52,693 bases of DNA from Seison nebaliae. Lineage: Eukaryota. The notes beneath the pieces were generated by a model that was not told the DNA's origin, did no database searches, and saw only the letters and a program-made list of their open reading frames with translations. The position numbers and the translations under genes are program-made. The number at the start of each line of letters is the position of its first letter. Position 1 is the stretch's first letter. This document shows positions 27,984 through 41,300 of this stretch, in pieces. The stretch is taken from NCBI GenBank assembly GCA_023231475.1, contig JALJEE010001255.1, forward strand, positions 1 to 52,693, in the 5' to 3' direction.

Positions 27984-28421
27984 TTAGATTTGTATTGAAT
28001 TCATCCGATTGCGACAACACGACGTAATTGGAATGTATTCATTTACTCCTTCCGGGTCTTTATTTTTAGAATGTTCTTCTTCATCTTCTTCTTCTTCCAA
28101 CTTACGAATACCTATTTGCTTGCGGTTAGTTTCTCTCGTCCCGTTGTTGTTGTTATTGATGAAGGAAAGAAATTGGTTTAGTAAATCATTTACATTCTTT
28201 TTAAGCGAATTCCGAATTAATCTACTGAACATTCTGACAGGATAAGATGAGATAAGATTTGTTTTTGAAGAATTCTTCTTCTTCTTTTTGGTTCTCCTTT
28301 TATTATCAATCAAATAAGAGAGAGTGTTGAATGTCGTTGAAATTGACGATTTCCTGTTCACCTTCCCAATGTTGAACATGTTGATCCTAGACATGTGGAT
28401 GGGGATAGATGGAGGAAACAT
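27984..28421 (-). CDS. Possible orphan low-complexity protein (145 aa)
   Basis: ATG-initiated ORF, long for this AT content, with poly-K, poly-N and poly-E runs like other proteins here; no recognisable domain. Confidence 0.3.
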   Translation of the reverse strand: MFPPSIPIHMSRINMFNIGKVNRKSSISTTFNTLSYLIDNKRRTKKKKKNSSKTNLISSYPVRMFSRLIRNSLKKNVNDLLNQFLSFINNNNNGTRETNRKQIGIRKLEEEEDEEEHSKNKDPEGVNEYIPITSCCRNRMNSIQI

Positions 28422-30580
28422 CGGATTTAATTAGTAATTGGAGAAAATAAACTACTGCAACAGACAAAACAATCTATCCAATTCTCTTCCTCCTTCATCA
28501 AAAACAAGAGAAGTATAATAATAATTCGTTCAAATGATTATCGGACGATTTCGATTAGTTTTCTATCAAGTCAAATCTTTTTCGAATTCAATTATCCTCC
28601 CAACTTCTCTTCTCACTATTATCCCCAGTCAACCCAATTCAACTATTCATCCCGATCACATGATCGAACAAACAACTTCGCCAATTCACATTTAATCATA
28701 TCCGTCTAATGATCCGTGTGAACATCATTCATTTACTTTACAATTCTCTTTAACGAATCTAATCAAATCAGTTCGTTCTCCTCACCCCAATAATGTGAAC
28801 TCGAGTCGACGTTCTCGTTTAAATTAAGAAAATTAATTTTTGTTTCTGATATCGGAAAACCGTCGCAATTGTCGGTGAATGAGCAGAAATGACTTTAGAG
28901 AAAACATTTTTTTTTTAAAGATTTATGACAATATGAAATATTTGGTTCTCTTCTCTTTAGCCGAAAGCAAACTTCCGTCATTCAAAGCATTCTTCCTTTA
29001 CTTTCCAAATCCGATTTATATTATAGCGAACAATTTACCGATTAACTTCCACTGTGAGATGGTTGGGAATTATTCGCTTACTCTTTATCTCACACAGTCG
29101 ATCAAAGAGAGGAGGATGTGCAATTAATGAAGAAGTGTATGCGATTCATTAACCAACACCACCACAACCAAATTAATTAGAGAGAGAGTATCGATTTAGT
29201 GGGAAATGAAACAGCTGTTTCAATCTCGTCCCAACCATATAAGAGTTCTTCTTCCAAGACTATCCGAATATTCGATCTCAACGATCTTCTTATCATTCAC
29301 TATCTGTATGAAATCGTATGTTTGTATTTAGTTCATAATGATATTTGTACTGTGAATAAAAATGAAAAAAAAATTATTTTTCATAATTTCTTGAAAGAAA
29401 TGTCTGCGCACATAATCGTATCGCCCAACTAATATAGGTGGGTTAAAGTTAGACTTCATATAAACATCAGAGGAAACTTCTACATCATTTCTACATTTTA
29501 CATCATCCATTTACACAAACAACTGTGTATAAGGGGATTGGGAAAGAGGAATAGAATTTGTTCTTTTCTCCCCAAAAGAAAAACTATTTAGATGTACATC
29601 AATTCCGTTGCTGTGACTCCATATATATTCCGGAGGATTATTTAAAAAATAATTTACTTTTTTTGGATTATTTAAAAAATAATTTAACTTTTTTCATTCT
29701 ACTTATCAGATTCCATTTTCTCCATATTGTTATTCCTTACTAATGATATTTAATTCGATTCTTTTCGTCATGTTCCTTCTTTATTTTTTTAAAGAAAACT
29801 CTTTTTTGTAAACATTTTCCTCTTAATTTTCCGAGAAAGAAAATTGATCGACTGAAGATGAAAAACAAGTCCGAATTGAGATGAGTGTGCGTATCATTTT
29901 TTTTTAGAGAATTGTTGTTGTTGTAGTCGGATTGATAAGACTGAACATCTTCTCACTGAAATCATAATAAGAACCACGATAGGAGTGGTGGTATTTTATC
30001 ATAATTATTTTCATGTCATTTCCATTCCACTTCATTCATTAGTGTTAGAAAAAGAAAAGTAAGAAGAATAATAAACAATTGTGTTTTTTTTTGGAGATAG
30101 ATCGATTTATTTATTTACTTACAATACAAATTTCACAAGAAAACGACGAATTAGTTCTTGAACTGGCACCATATCTTCATCGTACAAAGTCTATCTATTC
30201 ACCGATTCATCTCAACATTTATGGTTCGACTGTACATGACATCTTCTGTCAACATTTGGCATTGAAGCGACGGAGGTGAGCAGCGGCGGATGCTCCAAAT
30301 TTCACTATCACAATAGACATCGATTAACTTTCATCCCCGAAACAGTTTTATTTGCAAGAGTTGCTGTCATTGTTACTGCTACAAACAAATCGATTGTTGT
30401 TTGTTACTCCTTCCCCTTTCAATGTGGATGGTTCGTGCACATTCTATCCGATTATTTCACTACCTCATTGTATAGTAACGGAAATTGGGAAACAATCGAA
30501 CAATCTTTTCTTCTTCACGACGAAATTCGGAAATAAGAAAATCTTAAGAATAATTATTGGAACAATTCCCGATGATTTGA

Positions 30581-33500
30581 ATGATGATGCTCTCTCACAT
30601 TCCTTATAAAATTATCCTCATATTCACCATCATCACCAATAGCATATCAATGAAATCAGGAAATGGTTATGGTTTGAGACATCGTCGAAAAAATTTTCAC
30701 AATTTGAAATTTATCGATTTGTTCAATATCGATTCGAAACGAACTAGCAAACGAGAAGTTAATCAATTGAACGAACAATTACTCGAGTCGACACCGAAAC
30801 TTCGAACTCGATTCCCAAATAATGAAAAGTTCTCCGATTTGAAACTAATGAAAATGAAATCGAAAATCGTTCGATCTGCATTAGATGCAAAACGCATTTC
30901 TCCTAACACTCTCATCATTGTACGGAAACCATCAGACAAGGAAGTTCATTTGAATGACACCTTCTCACTCTCTTGTCATACAATGAGTGCGAGACAATTA
31001 GCGATGCAAAATTGGAAATTGATTACGAAAGATGAAGCCGATGTCCATTGGCTACACAATGACAAACTGGTTATCGATGGGAAAGGTACGGAGAAAATGG
31101 ATAAGAAAAATTCATTCATCAAATATGAAATGTTAAACGATTTAACATTGGTCGTCAATCAAGCGAAATTATCAGATAACGGAAATTACACCTGCGTCAT
31201 CAGTAACGAATGGAAAGTATCGAGTGCTAACGGTAGAGTGCACGTGATGGATGATTTAGAATATTTTGGAAAAAGTACTCAAAACTTCTCCTCAAATATT
31301 CAAATTAATTTCAATTTGAAATTAGTCAAAGCCGAACATGCCATCGAAACGGTGAGGAATCAAGAGAAATTTATCGCTAATCAAAAACAAAAGGAATCGC
31401 CACATTTACAAATCGGTTGGCGATTAAGGAAGATTCGGAAACGATTATATGACGATATATTCAAACGGAAATTCAAATTAAAAAATTTGAAATATTCGAT
31501 CGAGATCAAATTAATTCGAGATGATAATTATGTGATGGAATGGAAAGAATTGATTAGTGGAACGATTCAATCCTTCACAAAATCATTCCAATACGATTAT
31601 ATTCCATTAACGAATTTAGTTCGAGAAGCGAATTCTTTATCGGAAATTAACTTCAAAAATTTGAGCTGTATCGTTCGATTGAAATTCCATCGAATTGATA
31701 TCGTCGATAAGAAGAATTTGAATAGACGTAATTCAATTTATTTAAATGGAAGTAGTGACAATAGTCTCATCTTTCGATTAATTGTGGAAAAAGAGAAAAT
31801 TTTGAAAAAGACAATTCCCATAAAAGAAACTAAAATTTCATCGGAAATCACCGAAACGAAACCGTTAGAAATAAATCAACGGAAAAGTATTTTGGAGAAT
31901 ATCGAAAGTAATTCCTTTTCAAACATTCAATTACATATCACTGAAACGATTGTGAATGATGAACGTAATGACGAAGTGATATTGAAATGGAATATCTTCT
32001 CCGATCAAGAACATTTTGAAAATATTTATAAAAGTGAATGTAAAATTCTCACGAAACAATTATCGGCATTGATCATTTCTTATCAACAAATGGATAACGT
32101 GACAAGTGACACATTAGTCAATTTAGATTATGCTTGGGAACAGGTTGTTGTAATTCTTCCAAAAGATTGGTCAGTTTGCGACCATTTACTAATGGAAAAT
32201 CAAATGAATTCAACACTCGATCGATCGACGGCGTTGAGATTGAAGAAATTACATAAAAATTCAATTTATCGAATCGAAATTATTCTAGTAAAATTAGATA
32301 AGACGAGCGAATCGTTTCCTGACGGAGATTATGAGGAGAGTATTATGGAAACGGATGAAGAATTGAGAATTATTCTTCAATCGAAACCGAGTAATCGAAT
32401 TCTGGTGAAGAATGGAAAATTGTTAAATAATTTAACGTCCGTCCAATGGAATAATGATCGTTCGATGATAATGGAGAAGGAAAGAACATCAGAAAAGTTA
32501 TTTAAAGAGAATTCGAACAAACTGAATTTTGATGCATGGAAGAATCATTTGATGTACGTCATCTTTAGTATCGGAATGTCGTTATTGGGAGTGATGTTAA
32601 TTATGATCGGTGTGATCGGAATCAATCGATATCGGAAAAAGAATCATATGAAAATTATTTGTGATTTAAGTGCAATTCCATCGAAATTATTCGGAATGAA
32701 AAATTTCGATCACCATCATCGTTCTTATAATAATCATCATCACCAGGGACGTCATCAATCAAAGAAACAAAATACTTTCCCTAATAAAATGAATCAAATC
32801 GACGAAAATGGATATCCGAAAGATATTCGACTTAATCATCAGAAATCATCTGATATGAGTTTCATTCAATTACCAAATAATAATCATATGACAAACAATC
32901 GACATAATCATTTACAACAACAACAACAACAACAACAGACTTTACAACCGTTTATTCCGGTTCCGATGAATTATAATGGAACGATAAGAATTCTCGGTTC
33001 GAACACAACGGCAAATACTAATTCGACGAAAGTGTCATTGACAAACTCAAATGGACGTTCATCGAATGATGATAATTCGACGGATAATACAAATCTTTCG
33101 CCAATGCAAACCGACAACAACAACAATAATAACAATAAGTCAATAAATGTTCTTTATCAAACGAATATGAGACAACCCAATCAACAAATACCATTATTAG
33201 TTTGTGCTAATGGTCGTTTTGAACAGCCAACACTAATATATGACAATGCACAGGAAACTAATCAGTTTAATGATAATTCAACGACAACTAATGATATGTC
33301 AACGATACCAATCATTTATTTAACAAACAATCCCCAACAACAACAACAACAACAACAACAGTATAATAATAATTTTAATCAGAATCAAATGATTAATGAT
33401 TCCCATCAAACAACAACAACAACGACACCATTGTTTAAGGGTCATCGAATTGTCAATCAATTTCCAAATGAAACAAATCAACCGATTTTGTATATGAATC

Positions 33501-33826
33501 CGTCGTTCGTTTTTGCCAACAATTCCGAAAATAAAATTGATCCTACAATTAATTCCGATATGTTAGTCAATATGAATATGACAAACGGGAAGATAACAAC
33601 AACGGCGTCCACATCTAATCCATTGAATAATTTGGAATTGACCAATTCCTTATTCAATTCAACAATAACAACATCAATGAATGGAACTTCAATTTCTCCA
33701 TCGACCAACGTCACATCAACTACCTCGACAACCACCAAATTTAATGAGACGAACTTCAAATTTTCAAATTTATTTAACAACAAAAATGATCAACACTCTT
33801 CAACCAACAACAACAACAACAACAAC

Positions 33827-33860
<34 letters not shown>

Positions 33861-33979
33861 GTAATGGTAATTGGTTACCATCAAATTCGTTTTCGAATGA
33901 TATTTTCGATCAAGAAAATTTCTATCATACTCTATCACACCATCAACAACAACAACAACAAAATAAAATTGATATTTAA
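30581..33979 (+). CDS. Single-pass Ig/FN3 cell-surface receptor, possibly Ihog/CDON/BOC-like; intronless
   Basis: Signal peptide, one I-set Ig domain (FSLSC..VHWLHND..DNGNYTCVISN), degenerate FN3 region (HITETIVND..EVILKWNI, LKKLHKNSIYRIEI), TM helix VIFSIGMSLLGVMLIMIGVIGI, long N/Q/T-rich tail. Confidence 0.85.
33805..33871 (+). repeat. Coding (AAC)n(AAT)n microsatellite encoding poly-Asn
   Basis: Trinucleotide runs in frame within the receptor tail. Confidence 0.9.
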
Positions 33980-34062
33980 TCAATTTTTTTGTTACTCCAA
34001 AATATTTCCATTAATTTATCATCATCATCATCATCATTTTATTATAGTGAAAAATAAAAATT

Positions 34063-35630
34063 TTATTCATTTTCAATAATTATATTTTTCCTTCGATGAT
34101 ATGAACATTCGCCGTTCTTCACTTGATGGCAACACTTCTTACAAAACTTATCAGTACATCTTTCCGAGAGAGGATTCCCTAGACAATTTCGACATTTCTC
34201 CAAAATTATTTTGTTACTTTTCATCTTGTTCTTATTTGATCGTTTGATCATTCGTTTTAAGCGTTTCAACGAATATTTGCTAAAATCTTGAATCGCCAAT
34301 TGAGACAATTCTTCCGACGGCTCCTTATGTAATTTCCGTTTCATTTTCAGATCGCTGAGAACTCGATCGATTTTTTCCTTTCGAATTTTCTCTTTATCTT
34401 TCTCCTTCATCGTCGGCCTTTCCATCGAACATTGACGATTTTTCGAATGTTTCTCCAGCACATTCACCGCTTCATAATAGACATAGGAAACGTCTTTGTC
34501 CTCCTCAATTTGAGCGTCGAATTCATTCCTAATTTTCTTCATTCCATCCGCCAAATCTTGAACGGTATTGCTCTTGGCAATAATCGATCTCATTTCAATT
34601 GGTTGATGTTCTAAACTGACAAACGACATTTATTAATTAATTACATTTTTTTAAAATTTGAAACACTCGTTGTAATAATTTGAAAAGATGTGCTCGAGTA
34701 ATCGACAATGACGATTTATATGGAATTGCAAAATTGTACAAATATTCTTCTGCCATTGACACTAAATTTAGTTCGTTTTTCGAACATTTTTTAAAAATTT
34801 TGAAATTGTTTAAACTCGATTCTAATTAACATTGGCGTGACAATAAGTGAAAATCATCAAACCTGCAACCATCACACCATCACAACCGGTTTCTTTCAGA
34901 CATCGTTCGATATCATCAAAATATTGAATATTTCCGTTCCCGTACACTGGAATAGATAATGCTTTTCTACCAAATGATTAATGATAAATCAAAAAGTTGA
35001 ACTTGATGGCACTAATATGGTGCCAGTCTGCGAGACCGGTATTCGGTCCTCTTTCTTCTCTCAATCGTCCGTGAACTGTTAACATCTTATTCTCGTTAAA
35101 TTTCCTCTCAAATCGAATTTTAATTTGTTAACTTTAATTCCACAATTCTCCAACATCTTCGCATATTCTACACTTCGTTCCACCGTTTCCAATCGTCGAA
35201 TTTTCGCCGTTACAGGAACTTTCAATGTCTTCGCTGCTTCTGTTAACATCGACCGTACCAATTCGACATTCTCTTGCAAATATGCTCCGTAATTTCCACG
35301 ACGTGCGATTCGTTGAGGACATCCAAGATTGAGGTCTACTCCATCGATATTATATTTTTCCACAATCTTTCCCGCATTCACAAATGTCTCCACATCATTT
35401 GCACAAAATTGCACAATGAGTGGGCGATCGGTGATTCCGAGTGAGTTGGCGAGTTCTTGTTCTCCAATGAACTGTTCGAATTGATATGTTGTATCATCAA
35501 CGAATAATTTCGCATGTATCATCGGCGTGTAGCATAATTGACAATTGTATTTCCTTGAGATTTGGCGCCACGCCAGATCGCTCTGTTCGACCATGGGTGC
35601 GAGAATGAGTCGATATTTGGAGAAATCCAT
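34063..35630 (-). CDS. DUS1L: tRNA-dihydrouridine(16/17) synthase-like, 5 exons
   Basis: [59 protein letters not shown] motifs and a C-terminal Cys/His cluster ([17 protein letters not shown]); four GTT introns. Confidence 0.95.
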
Positions 35631-35723
35631 AAAAATTTAAATTTTTTAAAAATTCTTCTAAACAAATTTCTTTAAATGAAAGAATATAATCAGATAATAA
35701 ATGAATAAAAAAAAGAATAAATT

Positions 35724-37682
35724 TTAGAATGTTAATGAATATCCAAGAATCCAAATAAATTGATAGATTTGGAATATGTATATAGTGGTATGAATATCAG
35801 GAGTATTGATGATTTCATAGAGGAATTGAAGGAAAGACGAATGAAAAGAAATAAGTGGAGAAGATTTGAGGAGAATTTGAATTAAATGAAGAAACAATAA
35901 ATAAGAGATTGGATGAGAAAAGAAGTAGAAGAAACGAGAAATTATTCGTTTTATCCAATTGTCGAATGGCCAAACACATTGGATGAATAACGGTGATAAG
36001 ATCAATAAAAATACAGCCATTCCATAATTGAGAATTGCCAAATTTCCGATAAATAACGATAAAGTGAAAATGGTAAAGAATCTCAAATATTTCCATTCAT
36101 TCAAACCATCCATTTCATTTCCGTTTGACGATTGATATTTCCCTTTTAATTCTACATAGGAATATTGATACATACTCAATATCGGTTGAATAATTATGAC
36201 ATTCAATACCATCAGAATTAGAAAATAAAGTGAATTATTTTCAAAAATTTTCTCATCAATAAAAATTGTAGAAAGAATTGGTTGTAAGATTGATTTGAAT
36301 GAATGAAGAATAATTTGATTATTTAAAAATAATGTCAATATCGTCGCGGTAAAGATGGGTGAGAATAATCGGTAAAAATTGATGAGAGTGGAAGATGGAA
36401 TATTTTCTCTTTTTTCTTTTTCTTCATTTGAATTTTTGAAAAAATTTAAAATTGTTGATGGAAATTGAAGTAGATGAAATAAATCGAATTGATTGAGAAT
36501 TAATTCGTTTCCACTAAACCAAACGAAAAGTAATTGAAGAATTAAGGGAATGAAGAAAAAAGCGATGATAATCATATAATGACCGATTGGAATGAAGAAG
36601 AACGGATGAACGAGAATATAGAAGAAGAAAGATTGATGGAATCGTTCTTGTAAATTATTGACACTCCGCAACAATCCAATGATTCCATCAAGTATCGATT
36701 TGACAGATAACCATTTCCGTTTTGATGGTATTCCTTCGATCGTTATAGCATTGATTCGATTCCGAATAAATGATGAATGACATCCGTCTGGTAATCCTGT
36801 CGCTTGTTTCGTAATTTGTGAGAGATAGTTGAGGAAGAATGATGGATAATATCCGATTTTCACACGATCTCGTCGTTCGACAAAATCATAAAAAAGAGAA
36901 TGATGAATTCGAATTGGAATGTCATTATTGTATGAATTGATGATGTGGAAACTGTTGATCAAATCCAAATTTGGTAATTGTCCATTTGCACCAATATAAT
37001 TCAATTTTAAATGATCGAAAGGAATTTTAAATGATTTTCTCCCAACAATCTCTTTGTGGAAGAAATTCAAAACGATTCCACCTTCGATCGATCCGCAACG
37101 ACTTGATAATTTATTAAAAGTTTCATTCGAATGAATTCCCAAATAAGATTTCAACCAAAAATCCGTTCCATTCATTTCAGATGATGAGAATAAAAATATG
37201 AAATCTTTCGCTAGAAAAACAGCTCGATTCAAATGTTTCATCAGAAATAGACCGATGGAAATTCCATAAATATTTATCTCTTTCTTCTCTCTCCTCATCG
37301 GAATGACAATGACTATCGATTCGGATGAGGCAAATCGTGGCGCTCTCAAAAAACCATAAACATTGACTTTTCTATCATAAATTTGTTCGTAAAACTCGAT
37401 GAAATTTTTCTTCATAAAATTCTTTATCAATTCAAATTGACAATCGATCAATTCGTCGAAATCAGATGAGGAACAAATCGATAATTTATGAGCGAAATCA
37501 TTCAATGAATTATATTCTGATATTTGTGTGTCGACCAGTCCTGGCGTCAACGCATTCTCACTCACATAATTGTGAGAAGCGAAATAAGGTTGACTGATAA
37601 TGAGAAATAATCCCACTCCGATCACATATGACCAGATGGAAAAAAGAATTCGCAATTCAACAAATATTCTCCAGAGATTCAT
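35724..37682 (-). CDS. GPAA1: GPI transamidase subunit GAA1, intronless
   Basis: YVSENALTPG, NVYGFLRAPR..ESIV, LAKDFIFL, GANGQLPNLDLIN, RSVNNLQERFHQSFFFY motifs and multiple C-terminal TM helices. Confidence 0.96.
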   Translation of the reverse strand: MNLWRIFVELRILFSIWSYVIGVGLFLIISQPYFASHNYVSENALTPGLVDTQISEYNSLNDFAHKLSICSSSDFDELIDCQFELIKNFMKKNFIEFYEQIYDRKVNVYGFLRAPRFASSESIVIVIPMRREKKEINIYGISIGLFLMKHLNRAVFLAKDFIFLFSSSEMNGTDFWLKSYLGIHSNETFNKLSSRCGSIEGGIVLNFFHKEIVGRKSFKIPFDHLKLNYIGANGQLPNLDLINSFHIINSYNNDIPIRIHHSLFYDFVERRDRVKIGYYPSFFLNYLSQITKQATGLPDGCHSSFIRNRINAITIEGIPSKRKWLSVKSILDGIIGLLRSVNNLQERFHQSFFFYILVHPFFFIPIGHYMIIIAFFFIPLILQLLFVWFSGNELILNQFDLFHLLQFPSTILNFFKNSNEEKEKRENIPSSTLINFYRLFSPIFTATILTLFLNNQIILHSFKSILQPILSTIFIDEKIFENNSLYFLILMVLNVIIIQPILSMYQYSYVELKGKYQSSNGNEMDGLNEWKYLRFFTIFTLSLFIGNLAILNYGMAVFLLILSPLFIQCVWPFDNWIKRIISRFFYFFSHPISYLLFLHLIQILLKSSPLISFHSSFLQFLYEIINTPDIHTTIYIFQIYQFIWILGYSLTF

Positions 37683-38363
37683 TTTTGAACGAAATTTTAT
37701 AAATTATTCTTCTTTTTTTTAAGAATTTTTTATTCTTATGAAATTTCTACGAAAATTTCTTCGTTTTATTATTAAACTTCATGAACTTAATCTTTAAATG
37801 GATTTTCCTCCATTTTCATTTAATTTATTATCAAATTAATATTTGTTATTCGATTAAGTTCGGCTCGTCTCCACAACGTGAAAGAGCATCTGGAGACGTA
37901 ACATCAACTGGAAATTGGAAGATTGGATTGGAAGAGAATACGAAAATTTTCATTTTTTAAATTTTCAGAAAAGTCAAAGAAATTTCTTAATTTTATTAAA
38001 CGTTTTTTTCTTGTCTTTCATCAAATTTCATACCTATTTGTTAAGAATGAGAATAAATTTCGAGAGAATCATGAAAAATTAATGGAAGTCTATTGTTCCT
38101 CACTTACGTCTTATGAGACAGCTCACAATTCAATAGATGTCTTTAATATGAGTGTTCGAGTTGTGTAATTTGGTTTAAGAAATAATTTTAGAGAGAAATA
38201 AAATTGTGAGGAAAAGTTTATGAATTTTTATCATCATCAATGCACCAGCTGCTATTGAATATACTGGAAATAGTTTAATTTATTTTGTGTTATTAATAAA
38301 AAATTGTGAGGCAAAAATCTCTCCATTCCAATCAACTGAGAGAAGAGTTCAAATAAAAATTTA

Positions 38364-41300
38364 ATGAGAATGAAGTTCCAACATTTCTTTCTTCTTTCCC
38401 CACAAATAAATTCCTACAAATGAAACGTGTTTATAGATTGTTGTACATGAGAATTTATAACATTGAGAAACAGAAATTATCTTACTACATCTTATGGATA
38501 TCGATTGGAATATTTTATTCCATCGTATTCGCTGTCGGATATATCGGTTTTTTGTCTTTTAGAAATTTATTTGAATTCTGTGTTTGTAGCTCCACCAATG
38601 TTATTCTCACGATCGTATAACGAATCGAATATGTATCCAAAACCGTTGAATAATTTCAGTGTTTATATTTTATTTTGAAATTAATTTGAATTTGGTAATG
38701 TTCTTAGGGTCCGTTCACTGTCAAATCACCGTTAGTATCGATATTTAATCAATATATGTGGTGCTATCTCGAATTCGATTTGGATGGGAAAAATAGTTTA
38801 TTATTTTTTCATTTAATTCAATTATCAAATTTTCATTATTATAGTAACCGAAAATGAATCACATTCGATAAATATTTCTTATCAATTAGTTGGAGTTCAA
38901 GAACTTCCTGACTCGTCTCATGATCATGCAACGTCATTACAAACTGATAAAGTATCAAATCGAGCTATGCGAGACGAAAATAATGAAACAGATCGATTTA
39001 TGGAAGGAAAGGAAAATAAAAATTCTTATGAATCGGTCGATACAATAACGAATTATTCTCATGATAATGATCATTATGAGAAGAGTGTCCATACGTCAAT
39101 AATCTCCCAAATCAACATAGAACGTCATCGTTTAACGGTTGGTCATTTTATTTAAAAATCGGTCAAATGTTCGTGTTGAACGTTGAAAAGTGAAAATAAA
39201 TGAATTTTCATTCGTTGAGGAAAGTGAAAAGTCGAGAGAGATGAAAGTGATGCAATATCACTGGGCGAAAAGGAGATTGATCTTTAAATGATTATGAAAA
39301 GGAGATGAATTTTTGAATGATTATGAAAGAAGAGATGAATATTTATATAATGATAGGAGAGGGGATGAGTATGATTATGAAAAGGAGAATAGATCGATTA
39401 TCAAAATTGATGATGATGATGATGATGATGTTTCGCGTAGACAAAAAATAATTGTCCGTTCAAAATATTTTCGATATGGAAATTATTGTTCGGAGAGAAC
39501 ATATAAAGAAATATCTCGTTGATGAAAATCGATTGAATCGATTGAATGCGTTGCATTCATTTTCCTGCAATACAGAAACGGCAATCCGTCATTATTTCTA
39601 TTTTCGCAAGCAGCCAACTGTGACCATAATGGTCAGTCAACTATATGAGAGAACGTCATCATTTGATTTATTCTTATTCTTATCTTCAACATTTCTTTTT
39701 CAATTCAATACAGCGACTCATCATTATCTCATAAAAAACTTTTATTTCGTAACTAATTCTCAAATTACAACTTGAATATTTCAATCGACTATGAGCTTCT
39801 ACAGCATGAGTAGCGATAGTGATATGTACCAATATGGTGGAGGCAATCCGGGGGGCGGATATTCCAGTGGTGGAGGGGGCGCACCCGTAGCACAACAAGC
39901 AGCACCCGCTGCTATGCCTGTGGCGAGAAGTACCGGTGGTTACGCTCCGGCTGGATACAATGCCGGTGCCACTTATGGATATACACAAGGTGGAAGTTAT
40001 GGTGTGGTTCCTGCTAGACGTCAATTGGCACCAAGGCGACAAATGGTCCGTGCTAGAACACCACCACCAATAGTCCAAACTAGACGTGTCCGTGCCCCAA
40101 CACCACCACCACAATTAGTGGAACGTGTGGTAGTTCAACCATCTCCACGTGTCATTTTAAACATTGTGGAAGAACGACCAACAACTCCTCCTCCACAAAT
40201 CCGAAATAGAACTGTTCGAGAACCGGCGAAAGGACCACCAATTGTACGACGACAAGTCGTTCGTGTTCCACCTCGTGGCAATTATCAATATGGCGGTTAT
40301 CAAGAAGCACAAGGAGAAGCGTATGGTTCTGGATCATATTCCGATTCTTACAGTAGCGACGATATGGGAGGTGCTTATGGTGGCGGCTACGAAGTTAGTA
40401 GCGGTTATCAACAACAACAACAACCTCAACAACCGTATGGAGCTGGTTATGGCGGTTATGGTGGGCAATCGTATGGATATGGTGGGGGATATGGTGGAGG
40501 ATATCAATAAAGAAATGAAAATGAAAATTATTGACTGAATTTTTAACGATAATTTGTTGAACAATACAAATATTCGAATGATACTTTCCATGTACATTTG
40601 ATGTTGATTTCATTCTTTTTTTTCCTGTTTGTATTTTCTTTTATTGTTCATGTGATATTCGTCTAGATTAGCACATCGCTTCCTTTCCTTCGAAAACATA
40701 TAATTTAAACATACAATCCAATCACTTGATTGAACATTTTTTTTATTGTTGCTTCATCTCTTATGGATTACTGACGAATGTTTTTCATCGAATATTTTTA
40801 TATGTTTCCTCCCCATTATTTTCATTCAATGTTCTAATAAATGGCAAATACTTCATTCCATTTCTTCTTCACTTCTCTGCTCAATATTCTCTTGACGAAT
40901 TTGACTTTGATAGTTGAATGTTTGTTTTCATCTATTTGAAGGTTGTCTAGTTCATTCTTATCTTTCAATTTCATCGAACTCAACCTCTTCTTACTTATAA
41001 CTTATAAGTTATAACCACCTTAACCTTACTTAAGATATATCTTAAGTAATTCAAATTAGTGTAAATTTTTATTTACTTTTCAATATTTTTGTTGATTTTA
41101 AATGACGTCAGAAAGTTTAAGTTTTTTTTAATTTCTTTCAGTTTTTTAATTATCTAACGTGCGAAACTATCGAGATTGTTTTTATGTTATTCTTTTATTA
41201 TTCAAATATTCTCGATTTCAACTGATGATTCGGAATTCTGAAAGGAAATGAAAAAGTTTCAATTATTTTATGATTCTAATTCTCAAGTGTCACCATTTAC

